Below are positions 54,733 to 64,000 of a stretch of DNA of 64,000 bases, in pieces (position 1 is the stretch's first letter; the number at the start of each line of letters is the position of its first letter). The position numbers and the translations under genes are program-made. Under the pieces are notes generated by a model, which did not search any database, was not told the DNA's origin, and saw only the letters and a program-made list of their open reading frames with translations. The stretch lies in assembly GCA_035305585.1 (NCBI GenBank), contig DATGOV010000020.1:39325-103324 (forward strand), read 5' to 3'. Source of the stretch: Acidimicrobiia bacterium (lineage in GTDB: Bacteria; Actinomycetota; Acidimicrobiia; Spongiisociales; ZC4RG35).

Positions 54733-56899
54733 GGGCTCCCTCCGGGTCGTAGAACGGGATGGGCACGTGTCGGGCGGGCCGCCCGTCGACGACGACGATG
54801 GGAGGGACCGACCCGTCGAAGAGGTCCACCCAGGCGAGCATCACGGCCGTCCCCAGGACTGGCGACCACCCCGACGACGTGACATAGCCGACGATCTCGC
54901 CGTCGAGGAAGACGGCCGAGCCTTCCGTGGGGGCGGGCGCATCCGTGGTGAGACCCACCAGGCGTCGGTCGAGCGGAAGGGGATCCGTGCGCGCCAGCGC
55001 CGCTCGCCCCACGAAGTCCTTGTCCATCCGCACCGCCCACTCCATGCCCAGGCGGCGGGGGGTGCTGTCCATCTCGGTGTCCATGCCGACGATCACGTGC
55101 CCCTTCTCGAGGCGGAGCGCCATGAGCGCTTCGAGGCCGTGCGGCCGCACACCGAGGTCGGCTCCCAGATCCATCAGGCGAGTCCACAGATCCACCGAAC
55201 TGCTCCGCGGGTGGTGGAGCTCGTAGGACACTTCGCCAGTGAAGCTGAGGCGGAACACCCGGCACGGCACGCCGGCGATCGTGGTCGGCGTGTGTCGCAT
55301 GAAGGGAAGCGGCTCGGTGAGCCCGGCCCGCCCCAACAACTCTGTGGCCTGGGGGCCGGTGACGTTGATCGCTCCCAGCGAGTGGGTCCTGTCCATGATC
55401 CGCACGTCGGCGCCGCGTCCCCGCGCCCAGTCCCGCAGCCATGCCTCGGCGGTCCCGGCACCGCCGGTGGTGAAGGTGAGCGAGAACGTGTGCTCGTCGA
55501 TGCGGGAAATCAGCCCGTCGTCCAACAGGCCACCCGATTCGGCGAGGACGAGGGCGTAGCGGGACCGGCCGGGGGTCAGGTCGCCGACCCGGCAGGGATA
55601 GATGTACTCGAGGAAGTCGACGACGTCTGGTCCCCGGACGAGGATCTTGCCGAGCGTGCTCACGTCGCCGAGTGAGACGGCGCGACGGACCGCCCAGTAC
55701 TCGCCTTCGGTGTCTCCGTAGCTCCACGGCCGCCACCAGCCACCCATGCGATCCATCGTCGCTCCGAGCTCCCTATGCAGGCCGTCGAGTGCCGTGCGGT
55801 GGATCGGCGGCCAATGGGTCGCCGCCGCCGCTTCCCCCATCGTCATTTGGCGGGCGAGTGGTCGGGCGGTGAACGACGGCTGCAAATCCCCGCCCCGGTC
55901 GGCGACGAACGACCGCAGGTAGGGACCGCACACGCCGCCCTGGCATGTGCCGGTACCGGCGAGGGTGGCCCGCTTCATGAGCTCCAGCTCCCGGAATCCT
56001 CGTTCCCACACCGAATCGAGGTCCTCCACTGTCACGCCTGCGCACGGACACACGACACCCCGATCCGGACAGCGCGGAATCGTTCCGCGCTCGGCCGCGG
56101 ACCCGATCACGCGTACCTGGCCAGGCACACCCATGCGAGCGAGGACGTCCCGGGGATACGTGCCGAGATCGACCACCGCCGCGTCGCACTCCCGGCAGAC
56201 CTCCTCACCGCTCTCGTCGCGGACGACCACCGCCGCCACTCGAGCCTCGCCTTCGAAGCGAACGAGCTCTCCCGCCAGCAGGTCGCATTCCATGCCTTGC
56301 GGAGGCGTTCCCACCGCCACGACCCGTCCCAGATCGACTCCCGCCCGGGCGAGCCGCTCGGCGGCCCTCCTCGTGAGGATGCCGGCGAGCTGGGATCCGG
56401 GAACCACCGGCTGGATCTCCATCGATCCAGTGGCGATCACCACCTCCGAGGCGAAGTAGCGCACGATCTCGCCTTCCGATCGGACGACGACCTCAGGACC
56501 GGGGTACACGGCGAGCACCTCGTCGCCCTGCTGGTCGTCCAGCGCCACCACGCGGCGGCCCTCGGCACGGAGGTTCTCGGCCTCGGCGGTACCGGCGGCG
56601 CCCGCCCCCACGACGACGACGTCGACGTGCTGGTTGCGGTAGGGAACCGGCTCGGTGCGGCCGGCATCTGGCAGCGGAGGAGGTTCGGACACCGGGAAGG
56701 GGCGGATGTCCAATCCGGGCCGGACGGGCGTCCGGCACATGCGGACGTAGGCGACGCCGTCGACCACCGCCAGGCAGTTGGGGCAGTCGCCGGCGAAGCA
56801 CAAGCATCCCGCCGGCGCTTTCCCGGCGCGCACCAGGGCGGTGAGGAGGTCGTCTCCGTCCCGCGCTCCTACAGCTTCGCCGTCGACGATGAGTTCCAC
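54719..56899 (-). CDS. soxA: Sarcosine oxidase alpha-subunit family protein (compact, 726 aa)
   Basis: N-terminal Cys-rich 2Fe-2S-like segment (GCLCFAGDCPNC...MCRT), VVVVGAGAAG, and a C-terminal GcvT folate-binding domain (YWAVRRAVSLGDVSTLGKILVRGPD...). Confidence 0.8.
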   Translation of the reverse strand: MELIVDGEAVGARDGDDLLTALVRAGKAPAGCLCFAGDCPNCLAVVDGVAYVRMCRTPVRPGLDIRPFPVSEPPPLPDAGRTEPVPYRNQHVDVVVVGAGAAGTAEAENLRAEGRRVVALDDQQGDEVLAVYPGPEVVVRSEGEIVRYFASEVVIATGSMEIQPVVPGSQLAGILTRRAAERLARAGVDLGRVVAVGTPPQGMECDLLAGELVRFEGEARVAAVVVRDESGEEVCRECDAAVVDLGTYPRDVLARMGVPGQVRVIGSAAERGTIPRCPDRGVVCPCAGVTVEDLDSVWERGFRELELMKRATLAGTGTCQGGVCGPYLRSFVADRGGDLQPSFTARPLARQMTMGEAAAATHWPPIHRTALDGLHRELGATMDRMGGWWRPWSYGDTEGEYWAVRRAVSLGDVSTLGKILVRGPDVVDFLEYIYPCRVGDLTPGRSRYALVLAESGGLLDDGLISRIDEHTFSLTFTTGGAGTAEAWLRDWARGRGADVRIMDRTHSLGAINVTGPQATELLGRAGLTEPLPFMRHTPTTIAGVPCRVFRLSFTGEVSYELHHPRSSSVDLWTRLMDLGADLGVRPHGLEALMALRLEKGHVIVGMDTEMDSTPRRLGMEWAVRMDKDFVGRAALARTDPLPLDRRLVGLTTDAPAPTEGSAVFLDGEIVGYVTSSGWSPVLGTAVMLAWVDLFDGSVPPIVVVDGRPARHVPIPFYDPEGARARA

Positions 56900-56940
56900 G
56901 TGCGCGGCACCTTATAACAGGTGCGATCCCGCCGAATCGC

Positions 56941-58344
56941 TCACGTCTCGGGCTCGGGATTGGTGATCATCGTCCAGGCCAAGACGGCCCCGAGCGCGCA
57001 GAGTACGGCGGAGACGATCATCGCGACCCGGAACCCGGCGGCGAACGCCACGGGGTCGGCGAAATCGCCTCCAGTCAGCCCGGCAGCTGCCGGCAATGCG
57101 GCCACGGCCAAGAGCTGGCCGGTGCGGGCGACGGCGTTGTTGACTCCCGACGCCAATCCCGAGAAGCGGTCCTCGATGGCGGACAGGACGGTGGCCGTGA
57201 CCGGCGTGACCATCAGGGTGAGGCCGATGCCGAAGACCACGAGCGGGGGGAGGACGCCGGTGAGGTACGAGGAGCCTTCGCCGATCGAGATCATCATCAG
57301 CATGCCGGCGGCCAGGAGGGCGTTGCCGACCGTGAGGGGCAGACGCGGGCCGATCCGTTGCATCACTCGCCCCATCGGTGGTGACCCGACGAGGAGCAAT
57401 GCGCTCACCGGCATGGTCGCCGCCCCCGCACCGGTGGCCGAGTAGCCGACCACGGTCTGGAGATGGACGATGAGCATGAAGAACACGCCGCCGAGAGCCG
57501 CGTAGACCACGAAGGTGATCAAGTTGGCGGCGGTGAACTGGCGGGAACCGAACACGCTGAGGGGAAGCATCGGATCGTCGGCTACTCGCTCTCGTACGAC
57601 GAACCCGGCCAGGAACACGAGGCCCAAGATCCCCGAGGTCACCACTGTCGGCGCCCACCCGGCTTCGGGGTAGGCGATGATGGCGTAGCTGAGGGTTCCC
57701 AGCCCGGCGACGGTGAGGAGAGCGCCTGGCCAATCGAGGCGCGGCGGGGCCGGGTCACGGGACTCGGGCACGTGGCGCGATCCTGCCCAGATCACCGCCA
57801 CCGCCAGCGGCAGAGGCAGGAAGAAGACCGCCCGCCACCCGAAACCGTCGACGAGCAAGCCACCTACCACTGGCCCGATCACGGCGGCGATGCCGGTCAG
57901 GCCCGACCAGGCGCCGATCGCAGTCGACCTGTCGTCGGGATGGAAACACGACTGGAGGATGGCGAGGCTGCCTGGGGTGAGGAGGGCTCCGCCGACGCCC
58001 TGGAGGATCCGGGCCGCCACCAACCAACCGGGGGAGGGCGCCAGAGCACACAGAACCGACGCGGCGGTGAACCAGGCCACGCCGAGCAGGTAGATCCTCC
58101 GCCGGCCGTAACGGTCGGCCAGGGAACCCCCGACGAGGATCAGCGAGGCGAGGGTGAGCATGTACCCGTTGAGGACCCACTGCAAGGCGGCGACGCTGGC
58201 GTCGAGGTCGGCCCCCAGGGCAGGAAGAGCGACGGACACGTCCGTGCCGTTCAGCATCGCCACGCCCGTCCCCATCACGGTCGTGGCCACCACCCACCGA
58301 CCTTCCGAGGTGCCGAGTCGGAGGGGCTGAGGAGGCGCCGTCAC
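56941..58344 (-). CDS. MFS transporter, DHA2 (14-TMS, EmrB/QacA-like) family
   Basis: LNGYMLTLASLILVGGSLADRYGRRRIYLLG and ARILQGVGGALLTPGSLAIL. Confidence 0.85.
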   Translation of the reverse strand: MTAPPQPLRLGTSEGRWVVATTVMGTGVAMLNGTDVSVALPALGADLDASVAALQWVLNGYMLTLASLILVGGSLADRYGRRRIYLLGVAWFTAASVLCALAPSPGWLVAARILQGVGGALLTPGSLAILQSCFHPDDRSTAIGAWSGLTGIAAVIGPVVGGLLVDGFGWRAVFFLPLPLAVAVIWAGSRHVPESRDPAPPRLDWPGALLTVAGLGTLSYAIIAYPEAGWAPTVVTSGILGLVFLAGFVVRERVADDPMLPLSVFGSRQFTAANLITFVVYAALGGVFFMLIVHLQTVVGYSATGAGAATMPVSALLLVGSPPMGRVMQRIGPRLPLTVGNALLAAGMLMMISIGEGSSYLTGVLPPLVVFGIGLTLMVTPVTATVLSAIEDRFSGLASGVNNAVARTGQLLAVAALPAAAGLTGGDFADPVAFAAGFRVAMIVSAVLCALGAVLAWTMITNPEPET

Positions 58345-58363
58345 GGCGCCAGCCTAGGAGCCT

Positions 58364-59476
58364 TCAGTCGCGAACGATCCAGAAAAGCCGAGCAGGCTCC
58401 GGCAGGAGGTTCCGCCAACCGGAGATGGCGTCACGTGTGACGAGGAGAGCGTCGCCCGCTCGCATGACCGGGGCTTCCTCGCTGAGCTCGATCTGGACGA
58501 GGCCGGCGCTCACCATGATCAACTCGGCACCCTTGTGCACCACGGGTGGCCCGCCTGCTTCGCCGGGCCCGAGGGTGATGAGATGGGCGCGCATTCCGGC
58601 GTTGGGGTCGTCGAGGAGGGCCACGATCCCGCGGCGAGGCGGAATCCGATCCCGGCGGGCGAGCACATAGCCGGTGTCAGGCGTGTGGCCGAAGAGGTCG
58701 TCGAGTGAGACGCCGAGGGCCGAGGAGATGTTCAGGAGTGTCTCCACCCCGAGCCCGCGGTGGCCGGCCTCGGCCTGGGAGATCGCACTGGGTGACACTC
58801 CCGCCATGCGTGCGATCTCGGTCTGGGTCATTCCGCGTTCGGCCCTCAGCCGACGCAGTCCCTCGGCGAGCCGGCTGGCGGCCCGGATCTCGGTCAGCGC
58901 GATGTCGCCGTCGTCGACCTGCATGTCGAAGATCTGGCCGCGGATGGCGGGACGGCCCTCTGCTTTTCGCACGCGCAGGCGGCCTCCCGAGAGTTCGAAC
59001 ACGCACTGTGTCACGCGCTGTACTTCGTCCAGGATCCTGCCCGAACCCACCCTGGTGGCCCGCCAGTAGGCGATCGCCCCCTGGTCGAAGAGCCGCGGGC
59101 ACGTGCGGGAGAAGAAGGTGACGGCCCGTTCTTCGCCGAGTCGACGCACGAGCACATCGAGGTCGCGGACGACTATCCGGGCTCGGCGGTGGCTTCCGAG
59201 CTCGACGATCGTCCGCTCGAGCTCGAGGGGATCGGCGTGTGGTCGACCCGGACGGGCATCCACCACGTCCACCCCGTCGGGGACCACGGGGTCGTCACCG
59301 GCGAGAACGATCAGGGTCCGGGGCTGGTCACCCACGGCCAGAAACCGGTCCTCGAACAAATCGTGGATCCCTCGGTCGTCGCCAATCCACACGACGTTGT
59401 CGCCCACCAACAGCCCGCCCAGCCGGTCGTCGAAGGCCCTGACGCCGCTCGACTCTCGCTCATGTTCACCTGGCAT
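58364..59476 (-). CDS. XRE-family regulator with C-terminal cupin and an uncharacterised ~200-aa N-terminal domain
   Basis: HTH MTQTEIARMAGVSPSAISQAEAG; cupin HKGAELIMVSAG...AGDALLV. ATG 59476 is chosen because the 545-aa ORF-track version overlaps the divergent dksA-like gene. Confidence 0.75.
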   Translation of the reverse strand: MPGEHERESSGVRAFDDRLGGLLVGDNVVWIGDDRGIHDLFEDRFLAVGDQPRTLIVLAGDDPVVPDGVDVVDARPGRPHADPLELERTIVELGSHRRARIVVRDLDVLVRRLGEERAVTFFSRTCPRLFDQGAIAYWRATRVGSGRILDEVQRVTQCVFELSGGRLRVRKAEGRPAIRGQIFDMQVDDGDIALTEIRAASRLAEGLRRLRAERGMTQTEIARMAGVSPSAISQAEAGHRGLGVETLLNISSALGVSLDDLFGHTPDTGYVLARRDRIPPRRGIVALLDDPNAGMRAHLITLGPGEAGGPPVVHKGAELIMVSAGLVQIELSEEAPVMRAGDALLVTRDAISGWRNLLPEPARLFWIVRD

Positions 59477-59625
59477 GGTCTTTAGCCATGCTAATAGCGG
59501 CCCGGCATGTGACCAGGGTCGCCCGGGGTACAGTTCGCGCTGCTTACGGATCGTTGCCGCAACTCCGGCTTTGGTGTGGGCTTTGCGTCGAACCGGCTCA
59601 TTCCGAGCAGAGGAGATGATTCCTG

Positions 59626-59952
59626 ATGACCATGCCGCAAACGTCACCGGAGCCGGGCTCCGGGTTGGATCCTTCGGTCCTGGACGAGTTGCGCACTCGA
59701 CTCCTCGAAGCCCGGGACTTCCACAGGTCCCGCATCGAGGAGGGGTCTGACGCCGTCGACGACATCGCCCGGGCCATCGCTTCGCGCAGCGAAGCGGCCC
59801 TCGAGGAGGTCGAAGCCGCCCTCGCGGCGATGGAAGACGGAACCTACGGCACGTGCCAGGCGTGTGGTGAGAGTGTGGGAGAGGAGAGACTCCAGGCGAT
59901 TCCTCACGCCCGCCTGTGCGCAGCTTGCGCTTCGACCACGGCGAGGCGCTGA
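59626..59952 (+). CDS. TraR/DksA-family C4 zinc-finger protein
   Basis: GTYGTCQACGESVGEERLQAIPHARLCAACAS. AGGAG lies 10 nt upstream. Confidence 0.85.
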   Translation: MTMPQTSPEPGSGLDPSVLDELRTRLLEARDFHRSRIEEGSDAVDDIARAIASRSEAALEEVEAALAAMEDGTYGTCQACGESVGEERLQAIPHARLCAACASTTARR

Positions 59953-60762
59953 ATGAGGAAACGCCCTCCCGTTCTCGTCGTCGCACCCGGCGCCGAGACA
60001 TCCTGGGCGGGCGACGCCGAGGTCACCACCCAAGCGACGGTTGTCGCGGTCGACGGTGAGGGTCGTCTCGCCGGATTCGGATCCGAGGCTGCACTGGCTG
60101 CCGCGGCCCGAGGAGACGCCCTCCGTTTGTTCCAGCCGTTCTCGGCGACGGAGATCTTTTCCGTCGATTTGACCCGCGCCTATCTCCGCTGGGTCATCGA
60201 GAGCTGGCCTGCCGGAGGCCGCCATCCAGTGTTGGCTTTCCTGCTCCCCGACTGCGCCGCCGACGGTGTGGACCGCTGGAAGGCCGTCTGCGACTCACTC
60301 GGTGTGGGTTTCATCACCATCTCCCGTCCGGTGGCAGCTGCCGCCGGTCTCGGCCTCGACGTCGACTCGGGCGCGGCCGACATGATCGTCGACGTTCGCT
60401 CCGACGCCGCCGAAGTCGCCGTCGTCGCCGACGGTGGAGTGCTCTTTTCCCGGACCTGCTACGACCCGACCCCGTCGACGGTGGCGTCGACGGTACGCAG
60501 CGCCCTCGTCCAGATCGACCCCGACCTCGAATGGGATGTCTTGAGCGGAGGCATCCACCTGCTGGGTCGGATTCCGGGGAAGGAGTGGACCGACGAGCTG
60601 TCGAAGACCCTCGGTGTGCGAGTCGGATTCTCCTCGGAGGCGGAACGGGTCCTCATCGCCGGCGCCCGGTCCAACCTCGAGGGTCTCGAGTCGTACCTGT
60701 GGTCGGTGACGCCGGGAGTTGGCCGTCTCCTCAGAGGCGTCCTGGCCGGCTTCGGACACTGA
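59953..60762 (+). CDS. MreB/actin-fold protein with degenerate nucleotide-binding motifs
   Basis: ISRPVAAAAGLGLDVDSGAADMIVDVRSDAAEVAVVADGGVL is colinear with MreB [14 protein letters not shown]....G.[19 protein letters not shown]. Phosphate-1, phosphate-2 and adenosine motifs are all replaced. The ATG directly follows the dksA-like TGA. Confidence 0.6.
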   Translation: MRKRPPVLVVAPGAETSWAGDAEVTTQATVVAVDGEGRLAGFGSEAALAAAARGDALRLFQPFSATEIFSVDLTRAYLRWVIESWPAGGRHPVLAFLLPDCAADGVDRWKAVCDSLGVGFITISRPVAAAAGLGLDVDSGAADMIVDVRSDAAEVAVVADGGVLFSRTCYDPTPSTVASTVRSALVQIDPDLEWDVLSGGIHLLGRIPGKEWTDELSKTLGVRVGFSSEAERVLIAGARSNLEGLESYLWSVTPGVGRLLRGVLAGFGH

Positions 60763-61186
60763 AGAAGCTTCCCGAACTACGCCCGGCGGCGATGTCCACA
60801 GGTATCCGAATCTCCACGCCCTCCTTGGGCAACTGCTGTGCCGGGTTCAATGGGGACCCGAGGACGTTCCGGTACTTCTCGAAGAACGCGGTGATTATCT
60901 CCTGCGATGTCCGCGGGTCCTCTACGAACTCCGCGTCGCCCCACAGGATCACCGACTCCCAGTCGCCGCTCGACTGGTCGTAGTCCGAGACCGTCAGGCA
61001 CACCCGGGGATTCTCCCGCAGCGCTTCGACGCGGCGCCCGTCCATCGTCCGAACGCAGATGGCGTCGTCGAGCATCACGTACGAGATGGGAGTCACGTAG
61101 GGCTCACCCCGGGAGATGACGGCCAGGTGGGCGACGGGCGCCGACTCGAGAAGCCGACGGCACCGATCCACCGTCAGTTCGTTCAT
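60731..61186 (-). CDS. Pyridoxamine 5'-phosphate oxidase-family (PPOX/Pyridox_ox_2) protein
   Basis: LTVDRCRRLLESAPVAHLAVISRGEPYVTPISYV...VILWGDAEFV. Confidence 0.7.
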   Translation of the reverse strand: MNELTVDRCRRLLESAPVAHLAVISRGEPYVTPISYVMLDDAICVRTMDGRRVEALRENPRVCLTVSDYDQSSGDWESVILWGDAEFVEDPRTSQEIITAFFEKYRNVLGSPLNPAQQLPKEGVEIRIPVDIAAGRSSGSFFSVRSRPGRL

Positions 61187-61218
61187 GCATCGACGTTACC
61201 TGTCGATGACGGAGCGGG

Positions 61219-63491
<2,273 letters not shown>

Positions 63492-63667
63492 TTGCTGTCA
63501 CTCCTAACCGGTGGACCGGCCAATTCTGGTACAGGTGTCAATGCTGGCCGCGGATCGGGACCGGTGGCAGGGGCCATGGTCCCGGCCAGGGGGGACCTTG
63601 TCCCCTAGGAGCGGTGATCCGGACTGGACGATGGTTCGCCCAAAAGTCGATCCACGGAGTGAATCAA

Positions 63668-64000
63668 GTGCCATCGTCCGACTCAAGCAAGGCGTTCGAT
63701 CGCTTCCTCGTGCTCCTCGCCATCATGGGCGTGTTGACCGTTGCCCTCGCCCTGGTGGCGGCTGTGCGCGCCCCTGCAGGTGGGGCGGCCGGCGCCGAGG
63801 GCGTCTCCGCCGCGGGCGAGGCCGCGGCCACCAACGAGGTCACGGCCCGCATCGAGATGTCCGAGTTCGAGTTCACCGGCACCCTCACGGTGCCCGCCGG
63901 GAACCTCACCATCGAGTTGACCAATGCGGGGTCCATGGTCCACAACCTCGCATTCGAGGGCGGACCCACTTCGCCGGATGTCCAGCCCGGGGAGACGATC
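63668..64000 (+). CDS. Membrane-anchored cupredoxin-like protein; 3' end lies outside the window
   Basis: GTG 63668, with the frame open to the window end. TM anchor FLVLLAIMGVLTVALALVAAV, then ARIEMSEFEFTGTLTVPAGNLTIELTNAGSMVHNLAFEG. Absent from the ORF track because no stop codon is present. Confidence 0.55.
   Translation, partial: MPSSDSSKAFDRFLVLLAIMGVLTVALALVAAVRAPAGGAAGAEGVSAAGEAAATNEVTARIEMSEFEFTGTLTVPAGNLTIELTNAGSMVHNLAFEGGPTSPDVQPGETI

Noticed and set aside
58364-60001. Full 545-aa version of the XRE-cupin ORF
   Set aside because: The N-terminal 175 codons are Arg/Pro-rich and overlap the divergent dksA-like gene and its promoter region. ATG 59476 gives a sensible protein.

Overview
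This is a 64-kb window of a very GC-rich, densely coding chromosome of Actinobacteria type. Supporting signs are a WhiB-like regulator, LLM and PPOX (F420-type) enzymes, NarL/LuxR two-component pairs, and many ATGA/GTGA start-stop overlaps. I call about 70 protein genes and one tRNA-Asn(GTT). I saw no rRNA, CRISPR array, transposase, integrase or prophage.

A housekeeping core (recO-uppS, glyQS, dnaG-rpoD, tRNA-Asn) is surrounded by accessory modules:
- a GntR-linked catabolic/ABC-transport island
- two NarL-type two-component systems, one DosS/DosR-like
- a compact sarcosine-oxidase-family operon in the non-canonical order A-G-B-D plus an MFS gene
- a true ACC deaminase
- a GH1 beta-glucosidase flanked by gene remnants
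- large secreted proteins (a BNR/Asp-box lipoprotein and an SLH / lyase-like / FG-GAP protein)

Candidates for undescribed systems, in my order of interest:
1. 19.9-26.0 kb, minus strand: TrmB regulator, opine-dehydrogenase-family enzyme, fused B12-domain/mutase-like protein with a DxxHxxG variant motif, an RtcA RNA 3'-phosphate cyclase with no RtcB or RtcR in the window, and an eRF1/Vms1-like (baeRF-type) protein with a GKTQ loop.
2. 32.4-40.7 kb: a five-gene operon joined by four ATGA overlaps. It encodes an unknown 521-aa protein, a class III cyclase-STAND-TPR protein, a 675-aa PDS-like flavoenzyme, an unknown 179-aa protein and a polyprenyl synthase.
3. 59.6-60.8 kb: a TraR/DksA zinc-finger gene abutting an MreB-fold protein whose nucleotide-binding motifs are all replaced.
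4. An ASRT (sensory rhodopsin transducer) homologue with no rhodopsin nearby, a 19-aa hydrophobic micro-ORF, and a highly structured convergent intergenic region.

All functional calls rest on motif reading by eye. No database search was run.
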